Below are positions 24,693 through 36,330 of a stretch of 64,000 bases of DNA, piece by piece. The stretch is from Octopus sinensis (Eukaryota), in NCBI RefSeq assembly GCF_006345805.1, contig NC_043012.1, positions 29,078,001-29,142,000 on the forward strand. The letters are read 5' to 3'. Position numbers and translations under genes: made by a program. How positions within the stretch are numbered: the first letter of the stretch is position 1; the number at the start of each line of letters is the position of its first letter. The notes under the pieces were generated by a model. It saw only the letters and a list, made by a program, of their open reading frames with translations, did not search any database and was not told where the DNA came from.

Positions 24693-26661
24693 TCTCTTAT
24701 TATAAAAGGCAGATTTTATCTGCCTCCCTTTGTATCTTATAGAAATCTACAATATAGGATTTCTTCAATTACAATTTACCTAGCATTTTTAAGAGTAGAA
24801 TGCATCGGGTCGTGCCAGGTCCAGTTTTTAAAATTTCAACCCCAATTAAGCAAAATTTAGAGAAAACTCACATTGTGGTGTATAAGTCAAATGCTTTTCT
24901 TAGTGCGGGCTACAGCACACGCAAACGCACACACACAGTGTGCAACGAATAAAGTGAAAGTAATTCACTTTTTGTAGTGAGTGACTCTTTCACTCTGCCT
25001 CCCACTTCCTCTTTACACACATAGACACGCAAATATATAAATAAAATTGTAAGCTAACGTGCGTGTGTGTGAGTGTGTGTGCGTGTGTGTGTGTGTGAGG
25101 GTGCGTGTGTGTGTGTGCGTGTGCGTGAGTGTGTGACAGGAAAGTTTTTTAGGACGAATATAAGACCTATATCCAAGTAGCAGAAAGATCGCCCAAAAGT
25201 ATATATAGATATTTAAATGTATTTATATATTCATCTATACACAGATGTATGTATAATGTGTGTGTATATATTTCCATAGAGGTAACCTTTCACTCCATAC
25301 AAAGTTTTTTAGGACGAATATAAGATCTAAAGTATATACAAGTAGCAGAAAGATCGCCCAAAAGTGTATATAGATATTTAAATGTATTTATATATTCATC
25401 TATGCACAGATGTATGTATAATGTGTGTATATATATTTCTATAGACGTAACCATTCACTCCGCACAAAGTTTTTTAGGACGAAAATAAGATCTAAAGTTA
25501 TCTCTAAGTAGCTCAAAGATCGCCCAAAAGTGTATATAGATATATAAATGTATTTATATATTCATCTATGCACACATGTATGTATAACGTGTGTGTATAT
25601 TTCCATAGAGGTAACCATTCACTCCATACAAAGTTTTTTAGGACGAAAATAAGATCTAAAGTTATCTCTAAGAAACAGAAAGATCGCCCAAAAGTGTATA
25701 TAGATATTTAAATGTATTTATATATTCATCTATACACACATGTATGTATAATGTGCGTGTATATATTTCCATAGAGGTAACCATTCAATCCATACAAAGT
25801 TTTTTAGGACGAAAATATTTATATATAAAAGAAAGGTTGTGTGTCTGTCTACTCCGATTTAGATTCCTAACTACTCCCACATTTTGCGATGCAGTTTAAC
25901 CAAAACCGGGTATCTTATAGTCGTGATTCATATCGAGCCCTTCTGGGTATTAGCGCGCGTCTACGATGAGTCTATGATTTTACAAATAATTTACCATCAT
26001 TTTTTCCATTTTAATGCATATTTTTTTTAATAAAGGGAAGTAACTCTCAAACTTCACACCAATATGCGTGCTCATATGCGACGTAATATCACATCAGCAG
26101 CATTTCCTCACACCCTCCTTGCGCTTGGCGATGGCAAAATACCAGGGGATGAAAATGGTAATATTGCCATCGATTCCATTTGTACCATTGTTAAGACGCC
26201 TTCTGATCTCAGAGATGCAGTGTTCCCAGATCTACAAGCTAATTATCAGAATATGGATTGGATTGGCAAAAAGGCTATACTGGCCCCGAGGAATAAAACT
26301 GTTCACCATATTAATGATGAAATACTAAAACTCATTCCTGGGAAAGTCTATGTATATCAGTCTATCGATACAACTCCTGACCCAGAGGACGTCATCAACT
26401 ATCCAATAGATGTACTCAATTCCTTTGAGCACCCCAGACTACCACCACACATTCTCAAACTTAAAGTTGGTGCCCCTATAATGCTCATCAGAAATTTGGT
26501 TCCCCCAAAACAATGCAATGGCACACGTTTGATCGTTAAGTCCTTATCTCCCACCGTAAACTTATATCAATATTTGCCTGAATAATCATCATAATTCAGT
26601 GCAATCATTAACAGTACTTTCAAGCAATTCAGCCCCGAGCATCGCCGGGAAATTCTGCTAG
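24693..26661 (+). mobile_element. Non-autonomous Helitron with PIF1 helicase fragment
   Basis: 5' TC after A at 24692. 3' hairpin cccgagcatcgccggg then CTAG followed by T. ORF 26064-26585 AILAPRN...LKLKVGAPIMLIRNL...CNGTRL. Confidence 0.9.
25141..25815. repeat. ~164-bp tandem repeat (4 units plus a partial one) inside the Helitron
   Basis: Unit start aaagttttttaggacgaa at 25141, 25301, 25466, 25630 and 25796. Confidence 0.92.
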
Positions 26662-27898
26662 TTATAATTATAATAATAATAATAATAATAATAACAACAT
26701 TGATGTAAATAGTGATAATAACAATACCAATAACATAGGTAGTATCGATAAAAGTATGGTAGGTGATGATGGTGAGGATGGATTAATAACTAGTAACCCT
26801 AATTTGCATAACAACGTGATTACTAATAATGAAAGTAATACTAATACTAATAATAATTTAAATAACAGTAATGTAAGTGAACTGTCCTTAAATAATTCCA
26901 GTACCGGACACTATCCCCGGTATCTGGTCGTTGTTCGGTCCAAAACGTAATTTATAAATGCACGATAATAACTTCTAGCAATAGTTTTCTTTATTTCGGA
27001 TGTTCGGTGGATCTTAAAAGACGTCTTAACAATCATTTTTCCTCTTTTAGGCTCAAACATAAGGCAGGTTGCACAACACTATCTAGCAAAATTTGGGAAC
27101 TAAAAACAAATAATATAGAATTCAACCTAGAATGGGATATAATTAGAAGGGCGCAACCTTATAGAAATAGTAGGGATGGTTGTCAACTTTGTTCTATGGA
27201 AACTTATGAAATTTTAAAACATCAGAGTAATACAAATCTGTTGAATAACCGTCTGGAGTTGGGATAATCTTGTATACATTGCACAACCCGAACGTTTAAA
27301 TACTTTAAATAATAATTTTGTGAGTGTTCCTATATTTTTCAAATTTTAATTCTTTATAATCAAATAAGAAGAAATATACTATACTAGCTTTCAATTTAAC
27401 ATTCATAGATAACTAAAAAAGCTTCACTGCAAACTTGAAATTGAAATTTTTTTCTAAATTTAATCTAGCTTTAAAATTGATAAGGCTTTCCCCCTGTTAA
27501 AAAATACTATGCCTACTCATAATAATAAGTGATAGGTTTTTTCCCCTTTTTTTCTCTAAATTACACTCTCTGTGAATGGGATTAGTACCATTTGACTTTG
27601 ACCTAGTTTCTCTCACCAAATAGCAGTAATTGGCATTTATTAGTGGCAATTGCTGTCTTCAACATGAATTCCTTTTATGGAGTTCTGAAACCTTCTTTAC
27701 CCCATTTCTACAATTAAGAAATCTTTATTGCTTCTAACCTTACAGCAGTTAGGAACAGCCATATCTTAGTCAGTCAGTGGAAGGACTTCACTACCTCATA
27801 TGTTCTTAAAATTTAAATCCACATCTTTGTATATCTACCTTCTCTATAATGTTGCCACTTGATTTGAAAATGTTTGTATTAATGGAAAACCTCTATAA

Positions 27899-27984
27899 TT
27901 GGCTGATGAGTACTCAGCATCTTAAATCTGTTGTAATACTTACAACATTTAATAAAATGATGTAGTACGAAACGATCGTACCAA
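27899..27984 (+). ncRNA. Type I hammerhead ribozyme in the 3' pseudo-LTR
   Basis: ttgg-CTGATGA-gtact...agtac-GAAA-cgatcg-TA-ccaa. Core intact, long stem II, palindromic stem III. Confidence 0.8.
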
Positions 27985-28114
27985 ATTACCGGAGTCATTC
28001 GTGTTGCTTATTTTGATTATAATCACCCCACGGATTTTTATGGATAACACCATGCAAAATTCTAGTGCATCTAAATTAAGTACCATATTCATTTGAATCT
28101 AAAGTTTTGCTGAA

Positions 28115-28312
<198 letters not shown>

Positions 28313-29703
28313 ATTTTGCGATGGTGTTCTGTATTGCATTCAGAAACTGCAGATACGGTGTTTACGTCCATTATTGAACCTCTGGCAGCATATTTAATAT
28401 CAGGCGCCTTGCTGCAAAAACAAAGGTATTTACCTCTATCATGAGAGACCTTTTGTATGCTGATGGTTGTGAGCTAGTAGCACACACAGAGATTGATATG
28501 CAACACATTTTGAATGCATTCTCAGATGCTTGCACTGCCTTAGGATTGACAGTCAATCTCAAGAAAACTGTTGTCATGCATCAACCTGCCCCTGGTAAGC
28601 AGTATAGTGTACCAAATATCTATGTGAATGGTAAACGACTTGATGTAGTTGATCAGTTTGTCTACATGGGAAGCACTATTAATAGATATAGCAATGTTGA
28701 TGATGAAATTCCATATAGAATTAGGAAAGCAAGTGTTGCTTTCGGAAAGCTAGAAAAGCGCCTCAAATGTGGGCGAGACATATGCAGAAAGACAAAGATA
28801 AAGGTGTACAAGGCATGTGTGCTTCCTTCTCTTCTCTATGCCTGCGAGACGTGGGTCACATATCGATACCATATTAAACAACTGGAACGTTTCCATCAGA
28901 TGTGTCTCAGACGGATCTAAGGCATTAAGTGGGAGGACCGCATCAGTGATCTTGAAATATTGGAAGGCTCTCGGTGCGAAAGTATAGAAGCTCTTGTGTT
29001 AAAGCAAAGGCTCAGATGGAGTGGTCATCTGGTCAGGATGAAGGATTCAAGGATGCCAAAACAACTCTTTTATGGAGAGTTAGCTAAAGGAGAACGACCT
29101 CCACATAAGCTAAAAAAGAGGTATAAGGACTTGCTGAGGGCTTCCTTAAAAGATGCTTGCATCTCTCCTGACACATGGGAAGGCGTAGCTATTGATAGTA
29201 GCAGGTGGTGAAGGATTGTGCATGAGGGGACAGCCACTTTTGAGAAATCTCGAGTTGCACATGAGAAAGTAAGGAGGGATGTCAGGAAGGGCATCGCTGT
29301 TACACTTCCAGAAGAGAAGGGTCTTCCTTTGATGCTGACATGCAATGTCTGTGCAAGACCCTGCCTCAGTAAACCTGGACTCATGAGTCATCTTCGTAGT
29401 CATAAAACGAGACAGATGAGTGACAACCTGGCCACTGGTGGTGGTGTTACACAGCATACTAATCATATCTGTCAGGCATGTGGAAGAGAGTGTAATTCGG
29501 CAGGAGGACTTAAACGACATGCAAAGGTACATGAAGCCCTGTTACAACTACAGCCGGCTATTACCGGTAAAGGTTTTAGTTGCCAATTTTGTACAAGACA
29601 TTGTAGATCTTTAGCTGGGCTAAAAAGTCAGATTCGATCACAGCACCAATAACAGCTGAGCTTCGTGCAATGGCCATACTCGATAACGAGGGAGAGCCAT
29701 AAT
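28313..29703 (+). mobile_element. 5'-truncated RTE-clade LINE with three C-terminal C2H2-like fingers
   Basis: [35 protein letters not shown], then three finger motifs. (TATG)n on both flanks. Confidence 0.88.
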
Positions 29704-29705
29704 GT

Positions 29706-30176
<471 letters not shown>

Positions 30177-30185
30177 TATATATAT

Positions 30186-30265
<80 letters not shown>

Positions 30266-30269
30266 GATC

Positions 30270-30780
30270 ATAAAAAGCAAGAGACAGCCTAAATCTATGA
30301 AAAGTCTCCTAACACAAGCCCGAATACACTCTTCAACACAGAAGCCGACAGTAAAAAAATGTGCAAGACCCAATTGCGGGATATGCGATTATCTAATTGA
30401 GCGATCAGAGTTCTCCTTCAAACAGGGACAACGGTTTACAGTGAAAAGCAACTTCACATGTGCCTCGGAGAACCTAATATACTCACTAACCTGCTCCGGG
30501 TGTCAAGAGCAGTACATAGGCCAAACAAAAAATAGTTTGCGTAAAAGAATGGCCCTGCACAGATCCCAGATAAAAATTCCCCAAAACAGAAAAATAGCTT
30601 TCAGCCAACACATAGATACTTGCGCCAACAACAAAACACCAGGCTTCAGGATTTTCCCCCCTCTACAAATTTAGGGACGATACAACCTCGAGACAACGAA
30701 TAAGTAAAGAAACTCTCTTTATTACAAAATACAGGCCACTTCTTAACGGGTCTACGACAAATGATTAATATACCTCAACT
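30270..30780 (+). mobile_element. Penelope-like (Neptune-type C-x4-C-x2-C linker) GIY-YIG fragment
   Basis: CARPNCGIC...FTCASENLIYSLTCSGCQEQYIGQTKNSLRKRMALHRSQI...HIDTC. Confidence 0.85.
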
Positions 30781-30924
30781 TTAGAATAAAAGAAATACAC
30801 ACACAAATATTACATTCCAAAGAATCCATTACAAATCAGCCCCAATCACAGCTATAATCCATAACGTGCCAACTTCAAGTCATACAACACCTCACTACTT
30901 TCACCCATTCATATTCTCCCTTCT

Positions 30925-31190
30925 CTTTTTTCTTCTTCTTCTTCTTCTTCTTCTTCTTCTTCTTCATTATCATCACCATCATCATCATCATCTTCTTCTT
31001 CTCCTTCTCCTTCTTCTTCTTCTTTTTCTTCTTCTTCTTCTTCTTCTTCTTCTTCTTCTTCTTCTTCTTCTTCATCATCATCATCAACATCGTCTTCTTC
31101 TTCTCTTCTTCTTCTTCTTCTTCTTCTTCTTCTTCTTCTTCTTCTTCTTCTTCTCTTCTTCTTCTTCTTCTTCTTCTTCTTCTTCTGCTC
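30925..31190. repeat. (CTT)n/(CAT)n trinucleotide tract
   Basis: Direct reading of the sequence. Confidence 0.95.
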
Positions 31191-31285
31191 CACCTTCTAC
31201 CTCTTAACTTTATCACCAATGAAACCGGTACTGAAATGTTCTTTATAAAATTATTTTAGCGTTTTCTATTTTGACTTGTTTTTTC

Positions 31286-31386
<101 letters not shown>

Positions 31387-31789
31387 ACACTGTCGCTTGA
31401 CAACCGATGTTGGTGTGTTACTGTCCTCGTAGATTAGCGATTCGGCAAAAGATACGGATAGAATATGTACTAGGTTTACAAAGAATAGGATCTGTAGTCG
31501 ATTCGTTCGAGTAAAGGCGGAGCTCCGGCGTGGCCTCAATCAAATAACTGAAACAAGTAAAAGATTAAAAGTATATTATATATATAAACAAGTAATATTG
31601 GTAGCCACTTCAACATGTGTATATACATGTCTGCTCACGCACATTCGTGTATAATACATTTACGGATGCGCGTGAGCATGCATCTGTATATATGCATGTG
31701 TATCTACAGGCGTATGTATATGTCTGTATATATATGTGTGTGTGTGTGTATGTGTATGTATACATATTCGCACATATATATGTGTGTGA

Positions 31790-32676
31790 ATGCATGCGTA
31801 TGTCATACCTTCTTTCCTCTCTGATTCCTACCTATCACTAACCTATCACATACGTCTATTTATAGTAATTTGACATCCTTGTATTCTTCCCTCCACTTCA
31901 GATTTTACTACCAAAACTACTACTCACATCGGTATCACCCCACCCATACCTTTTCTCTACTCATCTCTTAATGCAGCTCTGTCATATCACCCCTACTCAC
32001 ATACATTCTTACATTCTTTTACTCATTACTATCTCATGTCTTCCTATCCCACCACACACCTCTCCCATCACATTATCTTGACCACTAATCGACGCTCATT
32101 TTCTCACTTCTTTCACCCTTTCTTCACTTTTTCACTCTTTCACTTTTAGTTTTTTTCTCTCTCCATTTTCCTTTTTTCTTTTTCTCTCTTTTTCCTAATT
32201 TTCTCTTCCTGTTTTAAATTTGACATATCTCCTCTTTCTATTCATGTACATCTCTCCTTCCCTATCTATTCACAAATACTACCAATATATTCTCAAAATT
32301 TCATTTACACCACAAAACCCTTTTGAACGAGCAACATTGATTCCACGGTTCCATACTTTGAAATGACTAAACATGAACTGCTATTGGAACTTACCATGTA
32401 CAGGAAACTTTTTAACCACTTCTATACACCATTTTCCTTGAATAATGGAACTGCAACTACAATATCTTTATATATCTTATTTCTACTTTCATTCTCTTAT
32501 TTCCCTCTCTATACCCTATCTCCTCCTTTTCTATAATAATTTGAACTCAAATATTTTCTCACACCGTCTCTGATGAAGGGATATCCATAATATCCCAAAA
32601 ACAGCTGTAAGACTATTTCATTATAAATGTCATGAAAACTCCTCTCAGCCTTGGGTTTGTTATCTCTTTCTGTCTA

Positions 32677-32678
<2 letters not shown>
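31790..32678 (+). mobile_element. Non-coding hammerhead-ended retroelement (Penelope tail/retrozyme-like), copy 1
   Basis: Homologous along its length to 60966-61776. Hammerhead at 32566-32613 has GAAA changed to AAAA; ends in (TA)n. Confidence 0.7.
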
Positions 32679-32738
<60 letters not shown>

Positions 32739-32792
32739 CATAAGAGAACAAGATGTACGTTACGCCGCAATAATATATGTATAAAAAAATAT

Positions 32793-33706
32793 ATATAAAA
32801 ATACAAAATGGGACAAGAACTCAAAACACTCAAATAGACGACACAAAAAACGGACGGGTCATTCGAAGCCTCTAATTTTCAGTCAAGAACCGGATCATCC
32901 TCGCAATTTCGGCTGATTAATCTTGAGATTGCTCCGATCCGGCCAGCCCCAAGGAAAAACTAAGCTACGAGCATTGGATTTCTTGGAAAAAGGATCGAAT
33001 GTATACGAAACAAGGACAGAAAAACGGACGATGCAACACGAATATAAATACAAAAAACAATAATAGTAATGACAGGACAAAAACAGCGGGTGTCTTACGA
33101 CTTTAGACAGTTCAACTTAGCTTAGTTGGCCAATCCTTCGCACGCTCTCTTTCTTCTCCCCTCTTTAATTCCTTCTTTCTCTCTCTTCTCTCCCCCCACT
33201 TTGGTGCCTTTGTCCCTCTTTTTTCTCTCTCTCTTTGATTCCTTTGCCCTTTTTTTCTCTCTCTTCTCTCACGTGACCACCGGTCAACTAGCCTTTCGGC
33301 TTCTGAGCACCGCCACGACAACATCGATATCTTCGTCTGCCGTAAAGGCATTTTTTTCCAAATACGCCAGTTAAGCTAAGTTGAACTGTCTAAAGTCGTA
33401 AGACACCCGCTGTTTTTGTCCTGTCATTACTATTATTGTTTTTTGTATTTATATTCGTGTTGCATCGTCCGTTTTTCTGTCCTTGTTTCGTATACATTCG
33501 ATCCTTTTTCCAAGAAATCCAATGCTCGTAGCTTAGTTTTTCCTTGGGGCTGGCCGGATCGGAGCGATCTCAAGATTAATCAGCCGAAATTGCGAGGATG
33601 ATCCGGTTCTTGACTGAAGATTAGAGGCTTCGAATGACCCGTCCGTGTTTTTTGTGTCGTCTATTTGAGTGTTTTGAGTTCTTGTCCCATTTTGTATTTT
33701 TTTATA
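32793..33706. mobile_element. Element with ~330-bp near-perfect inverted repeats in (TA)n
   Basis: Arms 32793-33124 / 33372-33706. ORFs 32895-33080(-) and 33416-33601(+) translate almost identically. CT-rich spacer. Confidence 0.85.
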
Positions 33707-33717
33707 TATATATATTT

Positions 33718-33755
<38 letters not shown>

Positions 33756-34559
33756 GTCCAAAATCACGCAATAGGAAGGAATAAGAGAAAGAGTGGTATA
33801 AGTGAAGGGAAAGGAGATAAAAGTCAGTGAAGGAGAAGTAGTGAGAGTAATAGCCATGACTGAGAAGGAATGAGAGAAAGTAATAGCAATGAGAGAAAGG
33901 AAATGGCAAAGAGAGCGTCCTGTATCTACTATAATAATACTCTTGTGTTTTTCTCCGTCACAACATATGAATGAGAAAGGAAGGCGTGATAGATGAATAA
34001 GGAAGGAAGGGGTGATGGCAAACTTGGTAGTAGGATGATAGAAATTCTATCGTGAAAAAAAGCAGACATTTCAACTCTGTGAGTATTTATATGTAAAAGG
34101 GAGGTATGTAAATGTGTGTGTGTGTGAGTGCAATGGAAGTGGGATGGTGAACATTCATCACTGAAAATAAAATAAATCAAACAGCGATTCAACTCTGTGT
34201 GAGTATATGTATGTATGTGTGTGCGTATACAAGGGGAGTATGTGAATGTTTGTATGTGTGAACCAGCGTTCTTTCAGCAACAAACGATGATCGATGTCAC
34301 ATCTCGAAAGACAACCACTAGATAACATTGAGAAGTGTATAAATTTAATTTACCATCCACAGTCTATCTGTTGTGTTACAAATAATTATTACAATCACAC
34401 ACATCTACACAAACATATACATATACAAACTCATTAGAGAAAATAATTATTACCTGAGTGTATCAAGAATGTAAAACGACTGCAGTTGAAAAGTATATTA
34501 TAAATACATATTTAACAGTTCATTCATCTGCCTAATTTATTTATATTAAGAAATTTTGA

Positions 34560-34877
34560 ATAGGGGAGTTTTTACAACATCAACTATAAGTCATGGACTG
34601 CTTTTGTGGTTTCAAGTCGTATGAATTGAGGTTGGTTTCAGTAATGGAGAGCGCAACCATCACTTCGAAAAGGTTGGTATTTACTTGCCAGCTCCCGTAT
34701 TTAGTCACGGCCAACTTTATGAGGTCTTAAGTCGTCAAGGGATGTTAGTTGTGGAGAGATTTTTCATAAAAAATTTGGTAATAAAAGAATTATTAAACTA
34801 AAAACTTGGTTTTGTACCTTATTTTTATATAAAATACTATAATTGGCTGTCATTTTTGACGGCAGGGGGTCAGCTAG
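34560..34877 (+). mobile_element. Helitron 3' end (helicase motif VI remnant)
   Basis: FEKVGIYLPAPVFSHGQLYEVLSR, hairpin gctgtca-tttt-tgacggc, then CTAG followed by T at 34874-34878. Confidence 0.8.
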
Positions 34878-34939
34878 TATTCATATAATAACTGAAAGTG
34901 TTAAAAGAGAATATAAACGCCCATGCGAGCACAAAAGGC

Positions 34940-34945
34940 AAAAAA
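34940..34945 (-). terminator. Pol III terminator (T6) of tRNA-Pro
   Basis: Run of six A on the + strand a few nt beyond the tRNA 3' end. Confidence 0.8.
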
Positions 34946-34951
34946 CAACTA

Positions 34952-35024
34952 TGGGCTCGTCCGGGATTCGAACCCGGGACCTCTCGCACCCAAAGCGAGA
35001 ATCATACCCCTAGACCAACGAGCC
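34952..35024 (-). tRNA. tRNA-Pro (anticodon UGG)
   Basis: Reverse complement GGCTCGTTGGTCTAGGGGTATGATTCTCGCTTTGGGTGCGAGAGGTCCCGGGTTCGAATCCCGGACGAGCCC(A) gives a complete cloverleaf with intact A and B boxes. Confidence 0.97.
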
Positions 35025-35295
35025 ACAAACTGTCAAATTGTTAAAATTAATCTTCATACTCCGTATTGACGTGTACTCGTTGGATTATTTATTTTTCTTT
35101 TGTATTTCATATACATTAAAATGATCCGTAGAAAATATGGTCTTTTAGTGCACGATTTAATATATCTTATTAAAAGAACTGATTCTAAGTATAAAAGTTT
35201 GTTAGAGATTTTTATTGTTCAACTGGAAGTGATATTTATTTCGCTTTGTCGATTCATATATGATAAATTAACTCGGAAAATCTTTAACGGCGCTA

Positions 35296-35340
35296 CACGT
35301 GACGGAAATTGCCGATATTTCTCAATCGGCAATTTCCGTC
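35296..35340 (+). promoter_or_regulatory. USE1 proximal promoter/5'UTR element: E-box CACGTGAC overlapping a 16-bp perfect inverted repeat
   Basis: GACGGAAATTGCCGAT (35301-35316) / ATCGGCAATTTCCGTC (35325-35340), about 35 nt upstream of the ATG. Regulatory role inferred from position only. Confidence 0.45.
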
Positions 35341-35374
35341 GTGTGCTAAGAACGAAAACATCCGTTTTGGCAAA

Positions 35375-35473
35375 ATGGTTGCCACGCGGCTGGAAGTGAA
35401 TATGACACGGTTGATGTCACGATGTGAGGAAAAGGTAGCTGAAAAGAAGATGAGAGATTGGCGACTGGAAAAA
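35375..35473 (+). CDS. USE1: USE1 coding exon 1 (MVATRLEVNMTRLMSRCEEKVAEKKMRDWRLEK)
   Basis: Translation matches the USE1 N-terminus as recalled (human MAASRLELNLVRLLSRCE...EWRLEK). ATG at 35375, donor GTAAG at 35474, phase 0. Confidence 0.95.
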
Positions 35474-35682
35474 GTAAGAAGCACTTATCGTAATTGAGAT
35501 ATCTAATAAATACGTATGGCAGCCGTCTCTACACTTCCTTGGCAATATCACTCAATGTCGGTATTTCTCGGAACACCAGTAACAGAACTCGCGATGGCCT
35601 GCTCGTATGAATTATTATTGTTGAATATCACTACCAGTGGTCCAACATGTATAAATAGTCAATAGACGACATATTCATATTT

Positions 35683-35858
35683 TAAAAAAGCGTACATTTA
35701 AACACAAGAGAAAATGACCTTTTAACAGGTAATTTTTACAAGCTAGAAATAGCAGAAAATTGCTATTAAATCTTGGGTTTGGCCGTGTTGGCTGCTATTT
35801 CTAGCATGTAAAAATTACCTGTTAAAAGGTAATTTTCTCTTGTGTTTAAATGTACGCT

Positions 35859-35864
<6 letters not shown>
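35683..35864. repeat. 73-bp inverted repeat in USE1 intron 1, next to (TA)n
   Basis: Arms 35683-35755 / 35792-35864 with few mismatches. Confidence 0.85.
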
Positions 35865-35918
<54 letters not shown>

Positions 35919-36199
35919 CTGAATCGTTCGGAAGTTTGTTTCTAAATTAATGAGTTCTTATGTGGAATCTTCCTTTGAGTCTACTCAGAGCACCTGCGTA
36001 AAATGGTTCGACGAGTACTTTGTTCATCTCATTATAATTTATCGATTTAGCCATTTGAATTATTCTAAAATTCCTCTTCCTTATTTAACGTGTCTGAATA
36101 GCAGCGAGTTGTTTAATCCTAGGTTAACCATAATTAAACATACTCGAGATCAAAGCCATTCCAGCCGTGGCTTTATTCTTATGTACAAGTAACGTATGA

Positions 36200-36330
36200 C
36201 TCCACGGCAAGCTTCTTTCAGTTTCCGTCTACCAAATCCATTCACGAGGCTTTGGTCAGCCAAGGGGCTATAGTACAAGACACTTGCCCAAGGTGTCGTG
36301 CAGTGGAACTGAACCTGGAACTCTGTCTCC
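36200..36330 (-). mobile_element. CORE-type SINE fragment
   Basis: Plus-strand gacacttgcccaaggtgtcgtgcagtggaactgaacc is the complement of a B-box plus CORE start. Confidence 0.55.

Larger units (their letters stand above)
18504..28016 (+). mobile_element. Penelope-like retroelement (RT ~18745-20060; GIY-YIG ~26900-27310) with inverted 150-bp pseudo-LTRs, split by nested insertions
   Basis: RT motifs FIQFDINNYYSSI, IPMGSSDSAE..LVGAYLL, GGLYRDD, NFLDVTLDL. EN: DLKRRLNNHFSSF..TLSSKIWELK..CQLC. Ends 18504-18653 / 27867-28016 are reverse complements with about 4 differences. Confidence 0.88.

Noticed and set aside
25141-25815. Regularly spaced repeats as a CRISPR-like array
   Set aside because: Whole units are homologous with no unique spacers; this is a eukaryotic minisatellite within a Helitron.
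26872-26880. TGT AAG TGA near the expected CxC motif, a possible selenocysteine codon as in some Naiad PLEs
   Set aside because: The region is frameshifted and decayed, this element has a C-terminal EN, and I found no SECIS. A point mutation explains it.
30866-31219. Poly-E/D, poly-K/R and poly-L ORFs
   Set aside because: Three readings of a (CTT)n/(CAT)n tract with no splice or domain support.
33610-33645. Hammerhead in the 330-bp inverted repeat (ctgaaga...cgaatgacccgtc)
   Set aside because: GAAA incomplete, and stems I and II do not pair.
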